NCBI GenBank assembly: GCA_053919585.1
Contig: CM132827.1
Length of the DNA stretch: 64,000 nucleotides
Strand: one strand, 5' to 3'
Source of the DNA: Euprymna scolopes
Taxonomy: Eukaryota
Shown: piece by piece, positions 1 to 15,000 of the stretch
Position numbering within the stretch: the stretch's first letter is position 1
Layout of the letters: the number at the start of each line of letters is the position of its first letter
Notes under the pieces: model-generated
Told to the model about the DNA's origin: nothing
Databases searched by the model: none
The model's input: only the letters and a program-made list of their open reading frames with translations
Position numbers and translations under genes: made by a program

Positions 1-3000
1 TTCAAGTCGGAATCTATATGAGTGAGATCATTAAAGTTTAAAAGACATTTCAAGTCGAAATCTATATGAGTGAGATCATTAAAGTTTAAAAGACATTTCA
101 AGTCGGGATCTATATGAGTGAGATCATTAAAGTTTAAAAGACATTTCAAGTCGGAATCTATATGAGTGAGATCATTAAAGTTTAAAAGACATTTTAAGAC
201 GGGATCTATATGAGTGAGATCATTAAAGTTTAAAAGACATTTCAAGTCGGCATCTATATGAGTGAGATCATTAAACTTTAAAAGACATTTCAAGACGGGA
301 TCTATATGAGTGAGATCATTAAAGTTTAAAAGACATTTCAAGTCGGAATCTATATGAGTGAGATCATCAAAGTTTAAAAGACATTTCAAGACGAGATCTA
401 TATGAGTGAGATCATTAAAGTTTAAAAGACATTTCAAGACGGTATCTATATGAGGGAGATCATTAAAGTGTAAAAGACATTTCAAGTCGGAATCTATATG
501 AGTGAGATCATTAAAGTTTAAAAGACATTTCAAGTCGGAATCTATATGAGTGAGATCATTAAAATTTAAAAGACATTTCAAGTCGGAATCTATATGAGTG
601 AGATCATTAAAGTTTAAAATACATTTACAAGTCGGAATCTATAATAGTGAGATCATTAAAGTTTAAAAGACATTTCAAGACGGGATCTATATGAGTGAGA
701 TCATTAAAGTATAAAAGACATTTCAAGTCGGAATCTATATGAGTGAGATCATTAAAGTTTAAAAGACATTTCAAGACGGGATCTATATGAGTGAGATCAT
801 TAAAGTTTAAAAGATATTTCAAGACGGGATCTATATGAGTGAGATCATTAAAGTTTAAAAGACATTTAAAGACGGTATCTATATGAGTGAGATCATCAAA
901 GTTTAAAATACATTTAAAGTCGGAATCTATATGAGGGAGATCATTAAAGTTTAAAAGACATTTAAAGTCGGAATCTATATGAGTGAGATCATTAAAGTTT
1001 AAAAGACATTTCAAGTCGGAATCTATATGAGTGAGATCATTAAAGTTTAAAAGACATTTCAAGACGGGATCTATATGAGTGAGATCATTAAAGTTTAAAA
1101 GACATTTCAAGACGGGATCTATATGAGTGAGATCATTAAAGTTTAAAAGACATTTCAAGACGGGATCTATATGAGTGAGATCATTAAAGTTTAAAAGACA
1201 TTTCTAGTCGGAATCTATATGAGTGAGATCATTAAAGTTTAAAAGACATTTCTAGTCGGAATCTATATGAGTGAGATCATTAAAGTTTAAAAGACATTTC
1301 AAGACGGGATCTATATGAGTGAGATCATTAAAGTTTAAAAGACATTTCAAGACGGGATCTATATGAGTGAGATCATTAAAGTTTAAAAGACATTTCAAGT
1401 CGGAATCTATATGAGTGAGATCATTAAAGTTTAAAAGACATTTCTAGTCGGAATCTATATGAGTGAGATAATTAAAGTTTAAAAGACATTTCAAGAGGGG
1501 ATCTATATGAGTCAGATCATTAAAGTTTAAAAGACATTTCAAGACGGGATCTATATGAGTGAGATCATTAAAGTTTAAAAGACATTTCAAGACGGTATCT
1601 ATATGAGGGAGATCATTAAAGTTTAAAAGACATTTCAAGTCGGAATCTATATGAGGGAGATCATTAAAGTTTAAAAGACATTTAAAGTCGGAATCTATAT
1701 GAGTGAGATCATTAAAGTTTAAAAGACATTTCAAGTCGGAATCTATATGAGTGAGATCATTAAAGTTTAAAAGACATTTTAAGACGGGATCTATATGAGT
1801 GAGATCATTAAAGTTTAAAAGATATTTCAAGTCGGAATCTATATGAGTGAGATCATTAAAGTTTAAAAGACATTTCTAGTCGGAATCTATATGAGTGAGA
1901 TCATTAAAGTTTTAAAGACATTTCTAGTCGGAATCTATATGAGTGAGATCATTAAAGTTTAAAAGACATTTCTAGTCGGAATCTATATGAGTGAGATCAT
2001 TAAAGTTTAAAAGACATTTCAAGTCGGAATCTATATGAGTGAGATCATTAAAGTTTAAAAGACATTTCAAGACGGGATCTATATGAGTGAGATCATTAAA
2101 GTTTAAAAGATATTTCAAGTCGGAATCTATATGAGTGAGATCATTAAAGTTTAAAAGACATTTCTAGTCGGAATCTATATGAGTGAGATCATTAAAGTTT
2201 AAAAGACATTTCTAGTCGGAATCTATATGAGTGAAATCATTAAAGTTTAAATGACATTTCTAGTCGGAATCTATATGAGTGAGATCATTAAAGTTTTAAA
2301 GACATTTCTAGTCGGAATCTATATGAGTGAGATCATTAAAGTTTAAAAGACATTTCAAGTCGGAATCTATATGGGGGAGATCATTAAAGTTTAAAAGACA
2401 TTTAAAGTCGGGATCTATATGAGTGAGATCATTAAAGTTTAAAAGACATTTCAAGTCGGAATCTATATGAGTGAGATCATTAAAGTTTAAAAGACATTTC
2501 TAGTCGGAATCTATATGAGTGAGATCATTAAAGTTTAAAAGACATTTCAAGTCGGAATCTATATGAGTGAGATCATTAAAGTTTAAAAGACATTTCAAGT
2601 CGGAATCTATATGAGTGAGATCATTAAAGTTTAAAAGACATTTCAAGTCGGAATCTATATGAGTGAGATCATTAAAGTTTAAAAGACATTTCAAGTCGGA
2701 ATCTATATGAGTGAGATCATTAAATTTTAAAAGACATTTCAAGACGGGATCTATATGAGTGAGATCATTAAAGTTTAAAAGACATTTTAAGTCGGAATCT
2801 ATATGAGTGAGATCATTAAAGTTTAAAAGACATTTTAAGACTGGATCTATATGAGTGAGATCATTAAAGTTTAAAAGACATTTCAAGTCGGAATCTATAT
2901 GAGTGAGATCATTAAAGTTTAAAATACATTACAAGTCGGAATCTATATGAGTGAGATCATTAAAGTTTAAAAGACATTTCAAGTCGGAATCTATATGAGT

Positions 3001-6000
3001 GAGATCATTAAAGTTTAAAATACATTACAAGTCGGAATCTATATGAGATCATTAAACTTTAAAAGACATTTCAAGTCGGAATCTATATGAGTGAGATCAT
3101 TAAAGTTTAAAAGACATTTCTAGTCGGAATCTATATGAGTGAGATCATTAAAGTTTAAAATACATTTCATGTCGGAATCTATATGAGTGAGATCATTAAA
3201 GTTTAAAATACATTACAAGTCGGAATCTATATGAGTGAGATCATTAAAGTTTAAAAGACATTTCAAGACTGGATCTATATGAGTGAGATCATTAAAGTTT
3301 AAAAGACATTTCAAGTCGGGATCTATATGAGTGAGATCATTAAAGTTTAAAAGACATTTCAAGTCGGAATCTATATGAGTGAGATCATTAAAGTTTAAAT
3401 GACATTTTAAGACGGGATCTATATGAGTGAGATAATTAAAGTTTAAAAGACATTTCAAGTCGGAATCTATATGAGTGAGATCATTAAAGTTTAAAAGACA
3501 TTTCAAGTCGGAATCTATATGAGTGAGATCATTAAAGTTTAAAAGACATTTCAAGTCGGAATCTATATGAGTGAGATCATGAAAGTTTAAAATACATTTC
3601 AAGTCGGAATCTATATGAGTGAGATCATTAAAGTTTAAAAGACATTTTAAGACGGGATCTATATGAGTGAGATCATTAAAGTTTAAAAGACATTTCAAGT
3701 CGGAATCTATATGAGTGAGATCATTAAAGTTTAAAAGACATTTCAAGTCGGAATCTATATGAGTGAGATCATTAAAGTTTAAAAGACATTTCAAGTCGGG
3801 ATCTATATGAGTGAGATCATTAAAGTTTAAAAGACATTTCAAGTCGGAATCTATATGAGTGAGATCATTAAAGTTTAAAAGACATTTTAAGACGGGATCT
3901 ATATGAGTGAGATCATTAAAGTTTAAAAGACATTTCAAGTCGGCATCTATATGAGTGAGATCATTAAAGTTTAAAAGACATTTCAAGACGGGATCTATAT
4001 GAGTGAGATCATTAAAGTTTAAAAGACATTTCAAGTCGGAATCTATATGAGTGAGATCATCAAAGTTTAAAAGACATTTCAAGACGAGATCTATATGAGT
4101 GAGATCATTAAAGTTTAAAAGACATTTCAAGACGGTATCTATATGAGGGAGATCATTAAAGTGTAAAAGACATTTCAAGTCGGAATCTATATGAGTGAGA
4201 TCATTAAAGTTTAAAAGACATTTCAAGTCGGAATCTATATGAGTGAGATCATTAAAATTTAAAAGACATTTCAAGTCGGAATCTATATGAGTGAGATCAT
4301 TAAAGTTTAAAAGACATTTACAAGTCGGAATCTATATGAGTGAGATCATTAAAGTTTAAAAGACATTTCAAGACGGGATCTATATGAGTGAGATCATTAA
4401 AGTATAAAAGACATTTCAAGTCGGAATCTATATGAGTGAGATCATTAAAGTTTAAAAGACATTTCAAGACGGGATCTATATGAGTGAGATCATTAAAGTG
4501 TAAAAGACATTTCAAGACGGGATCTATATGAGTGAGATCATTAAAGTTTAAAAGACATTTCAAGACGGTATCTATATGAGGGAGATCATTAAAGTTTAAA
4601 AGACATTTCAAGACGGTATCTATATGAGGGAGATCATTAAAGTTTAAAAGACATTTCAAGTCGGAATCTATATGAGGGAGATCATTAAAGTTTAAAAGAC
4701 ATTTAAAGTCGGAATCTATATGAGTGAGATCATTAAAGTTTAAAAGACATTTAAAGTCGGAATCTATATGAGTGAGATCATTAAAGTTTAAAAGACATTT
4801 CAAGACGGGATCTATATGAGTGAGATCATTAAAGTTTAAAAGACATTTCAAGACGGGATCTATATGAGTGAGATCATTAAAGTTTAAAAGACATTTCAAG
4901 ACGGGATCTATATGAGTGAGATCATTAAAGTTTAAAAGACATTTCTAGTCGGAATCTATATGAGTGAGATCATTAAAGTTTAAAAGACATTTCTAGTCGG
5001 AATCTATATGAGTGAGATCATTAAAGTTTAAAAGACATTTCAAGACGGGATCTATATGAGTGAGATCATTAAAGTTTAAAAGACATTTCAAGACGGGATC
5101 TATATGAGTGAGATCATTAAAGTTTAAAAGACATTTCAAGTCGGAATCTATATTAGTGAGATCATTAAAGTTTAAAAGACATTTCTAGTCGGAATCTATA
5201 TGAGTGAGATGATAAAAGTTTAAAAGACATTTCAAGTCGGAATCTATATGAGTGAGATCATTAAATTTTAAAAGACATTTCAAGTCGGAATCTATATGAG
5301 TGAGATCATTAAAGTTTAAAAGACATTTCAAGTCGGAATCTATATGAGTGAGATCATTAAAGTTTAAAAGACATTTCAAGTCGGAATCTATATGAGTGAG
5401 ATCATTAAAGTTTAAAATACATTTCAAGTCGGAATCTATATGAGTGAGATCATTAAAGTTTAAAAGACATTTTAAGACAGGATCTATATGAGTGAGATCA
5501 TTAAAGTTTAAAAGACATTTCAAGTCGGAATCTATATGAGTGAGATCATTAAAGTTTAAAAGACATTTCAAGTCGGAATCTATATGAGTGAGATCATTAA
5601 AGTTTAAAAGACATTTCAAGTCGGGATCTATATGAGTGAGATCATTAAAGTTTAAAAGACATTTCAAGTCGGAATCTATATGAGTGAGATCATTAAAGTT
5701 TAAAAGACATTTTAAGACGGGATCTATATGAGTGAGATCATTAAAGTTTAAAAGACATTTCAAGTCGGCATCTATATGAGTGAGATCATTAAAGTTTAAA
5801 AGACATTTCAAGACGGGATCTATATGAGTGAGATCATTAAAGTTTAAAAGACATTTCAAGACGGGATCTATATGAGTGAGATCATTAAAGTTTAAAAGCA
5901 ATTTAAAGACGGGATCTATATGAGTGAGATCATTAAAGTTTAAAAGATATTTCAAGACGGGATCTATATGAGTGAGATCATTAAAGTTTAAAAGACATTT

Positions 6001-9000
6001 AAAGACGGTATCTATATGAGTGAGATCATCAAAGTTTAAAATACATTTAAAGTCGGAATCTATATGAGGGAGATCATTAAAGTTTAAAAGACATTTAAAG
6101 TCGGAATCTATATGAGTGAGATCATTAAAGTTTAAAAGACATTTCAAGTCGGAATCTATATGAGTGAGATCATTAAAGTTTAAAAGACATTTCAAGACGG
6201 GATCTATATGAGTGAGATCATTAAAGTTTAAAAGACATTTCAAGACGGGATCTATATGAGTGAGATCATTAAAGTTTAAAAGACATTTCAAGACGGGATC
6301 TATATGAGTGAGATCATTAAAGTTTAAAAGACATTTCTAGTCGGAATCTATATGAGTGAGATCATTAAAGTTTAAAAGACATTTCTAGTCGGAATCTATA
6401 TGAGTGAGATCATTAAAGTTTAAAAGACATTTCAAGACGGGATCTATATGAGTGAGATCATTAAAGTTTAAAAGACATTTCAAGACGGGATCTATATGAG
6501 TGAGATCATTAAAGTTTAAAAGACATTTCAAGTCGGAATCTATATGAGTGAGATCATTAAAGTTTAAAAGACATTTCTAGTCGGAATCTATATGAGTGAG
6601 ATAATTAAAGTTTAAAAGACATTTCAAGAGGGGATCTATATGAGTCAGATCATTAAAGTTTAAAAGACATTTCAAGACGGGATCTATATGAGTGAGATCA
6701 TTAAAGTTTAAAAGACATTTCAAGACGGTATCTATATGAGGGAGATCATTAAAGTTTAAAAGACATTTCAAGTCGGAATCTATATGAGGGAGATCATTAA
6801 AGTTTAAAAGACATTTAAAGTCGGAATCTATATGAGTGAGATCATTAAAGTTTAAAAGACATTTCAAGTCGGAATCTATATGAGTGAGATCATTAAAGTT
6901 TAAAAGACATTTTAAGACGGGATCTATATGAGTGAGATCATTAAAGTTTAAAAGATATTTCAAGTCGGAATCTATATGAGTGAGATCATTAAAGTTTAAA
7001 AGACATTTCTAGTCGGAATCTATATGAGTGAGATCATTAAAGTTTTAAAGACATTTCTAGTCGGAATCTATATGAGTGAGATCATTAAAGTTTAAAAGAC
7101 ATTTCTAGTCGGAATCTATATGAGTGAGATCATTAAAGTTTAAAAGACATTTCAAGTCGGAATCTATATGAGTGAGATCATTAAAGTTTAAAAGACATTT
7201 CAAGACGGGATCTATATGAGTGAGATCATTAAAGTTTAAAAGATATTTCAAGTCGGAATCTATATGAGTGAGATCATTAAAGTTTAAAAGACATTTCTAG
7301 TCGGAATCTATATGAGTGAGATCATTAAAGTTTAAAAGACATTTCTAGTCGGAATCTATATGAGTGAGATCATTAAAGTTTAAATGACATTTCTAGTCGG
7401 AATCTATATGAGTGAGATCATTAAAGTTTTAAAGACATTTCTAGTCGGAATCTATATGAGTGAGATCATTAAAGTTTAAAAGACATTTCAAGTCGGAATC
7501 TATATGGGGGAGATCATTAAAGTTTAAAAGACATTTAAAGTCGGGATCTATATGAGTGAGATCATTAAAGTTTAAAAGACATTTCAAGTCGGAATCTATA
7601 TGAGTGAGATCATTAAAGTTTAAAAGACATTTCTAGTCGGAATCTATATGAGTGAGATCATTAAAGTTTAAAAGACATTTCAAGTCGGAATCTATATGAG
7701 TGAGATCATTAAAGTTTAAAAGACATTTCAAGTCGGAATCTATATGAGTGAGATCATTAAAGTTTAAAAGACATTTCAAGTCGGAATCTATATGAGTGAG
7801 ATCATTAAAGTTTAAAAGACATTTCAAGTCGGAATCTATATGAGTGAGATCATTAAATTTTAAAAGACATTTCAAGACGGGATCTATATGAGTGAGATCA
7901 TTAAAGTTTAAAAGACATTTTAAGTCGGAATCTATATGAGTGAGATCATTAAAGTTTAAAAGACATTTTAAGACTGGATCTATATGAGTGAGATCATTAA
8001 AGTTTAAAAGACATTTCAAGTCGGAATCTATATGAGTGAGATCATTAAAGTTTAAAATACATTACAAGTCGGAATCTATATGAGTGAGATCATTAAAGTT
8101 TAAAAGACATTTCAAGTCGGAATCTATATGAGTGAGATCATTAAAGTTTAAAATACATTACAAGTCGGAATCTATATGAGATCATTAAACTTTAAAAGAC
8201 ATTTCAAGTCGGAATCTATATGAGTGAGATCATTAAAGTTTAAAAGACATTTCTAGTCGGAATCTATATGAGTGAGATCATTAAAGTTTAAAATACATTT
8301 CATGTCGGAATCTATATGAGTGAGATCATTAAAGTTTAAAATACATTACAAGTCGGAATCTATATGAGTGAGATCATTAAAGTTTAAAAGACATTTCAAG
8401 ACTGGATCTATATGAGTGAGATCATTAAAGTTTAAAAGACATTTCAAGTCGGGATCTATATGAGTGAGATCATTAAAGTTTAAAAGACATTTCAAGTTGG
8501 AATCTATATGAGTGAGATCATTAAAGTTTAAATGACATTTTAAGACGGGATCTATATGAGTGAGATAATTAAAGTTTAAAAGACATTTCAAGTCGGAATC
8601 TATATGAGTGAGATCATTAAAGTTTAAAAGACATTTCAAGTCGGAATCTATATGAGTGAGATCATTAAAGTTTAAAAGACATTTCAAGTCGGAATCTATA
8701 TGAGTGAGATCATGAAAGTTTAAAATACATTTCAAGTCGGAATCTATATGAGTGAGATCATTAAAGTTTAAAAGACATTTTAAGACGGGATCTATATGAG
8801 TGAGATCATTAAAGTTTAAAAGACATTTCAAGTCGGAATCTATATGAGTGAGATCATTAAAGTTTAAAAGACATTTCAAGTCGGAATCTATATGAGTGAG
8901 ATCATTAAAGTTTAAAAGACATTTCAAGTCGGGATCTATATGAGTGAGATCATTAAAGTTTAAAAGACATTTCAAGTCGGAATCTATATGAGTGAGATCA

Positions 9001-12000
9001 TTAAAGTTTAAAAGACATTTTAAGACGGGATCTATATGAGTGAGATCATTAAAGTTTAAAAGACATTTCAAGTCGGCATCTATATGAGTGAGATCATTAA
9101 AGTTTAAAAGACATTTCAAGACGGGATCTATATGAGTGAGATCATTAAAGTTTAAAAGACATTTCAAGTCGGAATCTATATGAGTGAGATCATCAAAGTT
9201 TAAAAGACATTTCAAGACGAGATCTATATGAGTGAGATCATTAAAGTTTAAAAGACATTTCAAGACGGTATCTATATGAGGGAGATCATTAAAGTGTAAA
9301 AGACATTTCAAGTCGGAATCTATATGAGTGAGATCATTAAAGTTTAAAAGACATTTCAAGTCGGAATCTATATGAGTGAGATCATTAAAATTTAAAAAAC
9401 ATTTCAAGTCGGAATCTATATGAGTGAGATCATTAAAGTTTAAAAGACATTTACAAGTCGGAATCTATATGAGTGAGATCATTAAAGTTTAAAAGACATT
9501 TCAAGACGGGATCTATATGAGTGAGATCATTAAAGTATAAAAGACATTTCAAGTCGGAATCTATATGAGTGAGATCATTAAAGTTTAAAAGACATTTCAA
9601 GACGGGATCTATATGAGTGAGATCATTAAAGTGTAAAAGACATTTCAAGACGGGATCTATATGAGTGAGATCATTAAAGTTTAAAAGACATTTCAAGACG
9701 GTATCTATATGAGGGAGATCATTAAAGTTTAAAAGACATTTCAAGACGGTATCTATATGAGGGAGATCATTAAAGTTTAAAAGACATTTCAAGTCGGAAT
9801 CTATATGAGGGAGATCATTAAAGTTTAAAAGACATTTAAAGTCGGAATCTATATGAGTGAGATCATTAAAGTTTAAAAGACATTTAAAGTCGGAATCTAT
9901 ATGAGTGAGATCATTAAAGTTTAAAAGACATTTCAAGACGGGATCTATATGAGTGAGATCATTAAAGTTTAAAAGACATTTCAAGACGGGATCTATATGA
10001 GTGAGATCATTAAAGTTTAAAAGACATTTCAAGACGGGATCTATATGAGTGAGATCATTAAAGTTTAAAAGACATTTCTAGTCGGAATCTATATGAGTGA
10101 GATCATTAAAGTTTAAAAGACATTTCTAGTCGGAATCTATATGAGTGAGATCATTAAAGTTTAAAAGACATTTCAAGACGGGATCTATATGAGTGAGATC
10201 ATTAAAGTTTAAAAGACATTTCAAGACGGGATCTATATGAGTGAGATCATTAAAGTTTAAAAGACATTTCAAGTCGGAATCTATATTAGTGAGATCATTA
10301 AAGTTTAAAAGACATTTCTAGTCGGAATCTATATGAGTGAGATGATAAAAGTTTAAAAGACATTTCAAGTCGGAATCTATATGAGTGAGATCATTAAATT
10401 TTAAAAGACATTTCAAGTCGGAATCTATATGAGTGAGATCATTAAAGTTTAAAAGACATTTCAAGTCGGAATCTATATGAGTGAGATCATTAAAGTTTAA
10501 AAGACATTTCAAGTCGGAATCTATATGAGTGAGATCATTAAAGTTTAAAATACATTTCAAGTCGGAATCTATATGAGTGAGATCATTAAAGTTTAAAAGA
10601 CATTTTAAGACAGGATCTATATGAGTGAGATCATTAAAGTTTAAAAGACATTTCAAGTCGGAATCTATATGAGTGAGATCATTAAAGTTTAAAAGACATT
10701 TCAAGTCGGAATCTATATGAGTGAGATCATTAAAGTTTAAAAGACATTTCAAGTCGGGATCTATATGAGTGAGATCATTAAAGTTTAAAAGACATTTCAA
10801 GTCGGAATCTATATGAGTGAGATCATTAAAGTTTAAAAGACATTTTAAGACGGGATCTATATGAGTGAGATCATTAAAGTTTAAAAGACATTTCAAGTCG
10901 GCATCTATATGAGTGAGATCATTAAAGTTTAAAAGACATTTCAAGACGGGATCTATATGAGTGAGATCATTAAAGTTTAAAAGACATTTCAAGACGGGAT
11001 CTATATGAGTGAGATCATTAAAGTTTAAAAGCAATTTAAAGACGGGATCTATATGAGTGAGATCATTAAAGTTTAAAAGACATTTCAAGACGGGATCTAT
11101 ATAACTGAGATCATTAAAGTTTAAAAGACATTTCAAGTCGGAATCTATATGAGTGAGATCATTAAAGTTTAAAAGACATTTCAAGACGGGATCTATATGA
11201 GTGAGATCATTAAAGTTTAAAAGACATTTCAAGTCGGAATCTATATGAGTGAGATCATCAAAGTTTAAAAGACATTTCAAGACGAGATCTATATAAGTGA
11301 GATCATTAAAGTTTAAAAGACATTTCAAGACGGTATCTATATGAGGGAGATCATTAAAGTGTAAAAGACATTTCAAGTCGGAATCTATATGAGTGAGATC
11401 ATTAAAGTTTAAAAGACATTTCAAGTCGGAATCTATATGAGTGAGATCATTAAAATTTAAAAGACATTTCAAGTCGGAATCTATATGAGTGAGATCATTA
11501 AAGTTTAAAACACATTTACAAGTCGGAATCTATATGAGTGAGATCATTAAAGTTTAAAAGACATTTCAAGACGGTATCTATATGAGTGAGATCATTAAAG
11601 TTTAAAAGACATTTCAAGTCGGAATCTATATGAGGGAGATCATTAAAGTTTAAAAGACATTTCAAGACGGGATCTATATGAGTGAGATCATTAAAGTGTA
11701 AAAGACATTTCAAGACGGGATCTATATGAGTGAGATCATTAAAGTTTAAAAGACATTTCAAGACGGTATCTATATGAGGGAGATCATTAAAGTTTAAAAG
11801 ACATTTCAAGTCGGAATCTATATGAGGGAGATCATTAAAGTTTAAAAGACATTTAAAGTCGGAATCTATATGAGTGAGATCATTAAAGTTTAAAAGACAT
11901 TTCAAGTCGGAATCTATATGAGTGAGATCATTAAAGTTTAAAAGACATTTCAAGACGGGATCTATATTAGTGAGATCATTAAAGTTTAAAAGACATTTCA

Positions 12001-15000
12001 AGACGGGATCTATATGAGTGAGATCATTAAAGTTTAAAAGACATTTCAAGACGGGATCTATATGAGTGAGATCATTAAAGTTTTAAAGACATTTCTAGTC
12101 GGAATCTATATGAGTGAGATCATTAAAGTTTAAAAGACATTTCTAGTCGGAATCTATATGAGTGAGATCATTAAAGTTTAAAAGACATTTCAAGACGGGA
12201 TCTATATGAGTGAGATCATTAAAGTTTAAAAGACATTTCAAGACGGGATCTATATGAGTGAGATCATTAAAGTTTAAAAGACATTTCAAGTCGGAATCTA
12301 TATGAGTGAGATCATTAAAGTTTAAAAGACATTTCAAGTCGGAATCTATATGAGTGAGATCATTAAAATTAAAAAGACATTTCAAGTCGGAATCTATATG
12401 AGTGAGATCATTAAAGTTTAAAATACATTTACAAGTCGGAATCTATATGAGTGAGATCATTAAAGTTTAAAAGACATTTCAAGACGGGATCTATATGAGT
12501 GAGATCATTAAAGTATAAAAGACATTTCAAGTCGGAATCTATATGAGTGAGATCATTAAAGTTTAAAAGACATTTCAAGACGGGATCTATATGAGTGAGA
12601 TCATTAAAGTGTAAAAGACATTTCAAGACGGGATCTATATGAGTGAAATCATTAAAGTTTAAAAGACATTTCAAGACGGTATCTATATGAGGGAGATCAT
12701 TAAAGTTTAAAAGACATTTCAAGTCGGAATCTATATGAGGGAGATCATTAAAGTTTAAAAGACATTTAAAGTCGGAATCTATATGAGTGAGATCATTAAA
12801 GTTTAAAAGACATTTCAAGTCGGAATCTATATGAGTGAGATCATTAAAGTTTAAAAGACATTTCAAGACGGGATCTATATGAGTGAGATCATTAAAGTTT
12901 AAAAGACATTTCAAGACGGGATCTATATGAGTGAGATCATTAAAGTTTAAAAGACATTTCAAGACGGGATCTATATGAGTGAGATCATTAAAGTTTAAAA
13001 GACATTTCAAGTCGGAATCTATATGAGTGAGATCATTAAAGTTTAAAAGACATTTCTAGTCGGAATCTATATGAGTGAGATCATTAAAGTTTAAAAGACA
13101 TTTCAAGACGGGATCTATATGAGTGAGATCATTAAAGTTTAAAAGACATTTCAAGACGGGATCTATATGAGTGAGATCATTAAAGTTTAAAAGACATTTA
13201 AAGTCGGAATCTATATGAGTGAGATCATTAAACTTTAAAAGACATTTCTAGTCGGAATCTATATGAGTGAGATGATAAAAGTTTAAAAGACATTTCAAGT
13301 CGGAATCTATATGAGTGAGATCATTAAATTTTAAAAGACATTTCAAGTCGGAATCTATATGAGTGAGATCATTAAAGTTTAAAAGACATTTCAAGTCGGA
13401 ATCTATATGAGTGAGATCATTAAAGTTTAAAAGACATTTCAAGTCGGAATCTATATGAGTGAGATCATTAAAGTTTAAAATACATTTCAAGTCGGAATCT
13501 ATATGAGTTAGATCATTAAAGTTTAAAAGACATTTTAAGACAGGATCTATATGAGTGAGATCATTAAAGTTTAAAAGACATTTCAAGTAGGAATCTATAT
13601 GAGTGAGATCATTAAAGTTTAAAAGACATTTCAAGTCGGAATCTATATGAGTGAGATCATTAAAGTTTAAAAGACATTTAAAGTCGGGATCTATATGAGT
13701 GAGATCATTAAAGTTTAAAAGACATTTCAAGTCGGAATCTATATGAGTGAGATCATTAAAGTTTAAAAGACATTTTAAGACGGGATCCATATGAGTGAGA
13801 TCATTAAAGTTTAAAAGACATTTCAAGTCGGCATCTATATGAGTGAGATCATTAAAGTTTAAAAGACATTTCAAGACGGGATCTATATGAGTGAGATCAT
13901 TAAAGTTTAAAAGACATTTCAAGACGGGATCTATATGAGTGAGATCATTAAAGTTTAAAAGCAATTTAAAGACGGGATCTATATGAGTGAGATCATTAAA
14001 GTTTAAAAGACATTTCAAGACGGGATCTATATAACTGAGATCATTAAAGTTTAAAAGACATTTCAAGTCGGAATCTATATGAGTGAGATCATTAAAGTTT
14101 AAAAGACATTTTAAGTCGGAATCTATATGAGTGAGATCATTAAAGTTTAAAAGACATTTCAAGTCGGAATCTATATGAGTGAGATCACTAAAGTTTAAAA
14201 GACATTTCAAGTCGGAATCTATATGAGTGAGATCATTAAAGTTTAAAAGACATTTCAAGACGGGATCTATATGAGTGAGATCATTAAAGTTTAAAAGACA
14301 TTTCAAGTCGGAATCTATATGAGTGAGATCATCAAAGTTTAAAAGACATTTCAAGACGAGATCTATATGAGTGAGATCATTAAAGTTTAAAAGACATTTC
14401 AAGACGGTATCTATATGAGGGAGATCATTAAAGTGTAAAAGACATTTCAAGTCGGAATCTATATGAGTGAGATCATTAAAGTTTAAAAGACATTTCAAGT
14501 CGGAATCTATATGAGTGAGATCATTAAAATTTAAAAGACATTTCAAGTCGGAATCTATATGAGTGAGATCATTAAAGTTTAAAATACATTTACAAGTCGG
14601 AATCTATATGAGTGAGATCATTAAAGTTTAAAAGACATTTCAAGACGGGATCTATATGAGTGAGATCATTAAAGTTTAAAAGACATTTCAAGACGGGATC
14701 TATATGAGGGAGATCATTAAAGTTTAAAAGACATTTCAAGACGGGATCTATATGAGTGAGATCATTAAAGTGTAAAAGACATTTCAAGACGGTATCTATA
14801 TGAGTGAGATCATTAAAGTTTAAAAGACATTTCAAGACGGTATCTATATGAGGGAGATCATTAAAGTTTAAAAGACATTTCAAGTCGGAATCTATATGAG
14901 GGAGATCATTAAAGTTTAAAAGACATTTAAAGTATGAATCTATATGAGTGAGATCATTAAAGTTTAAAAGACATTTCAAGTCGGAATCTATATGAGTGAG

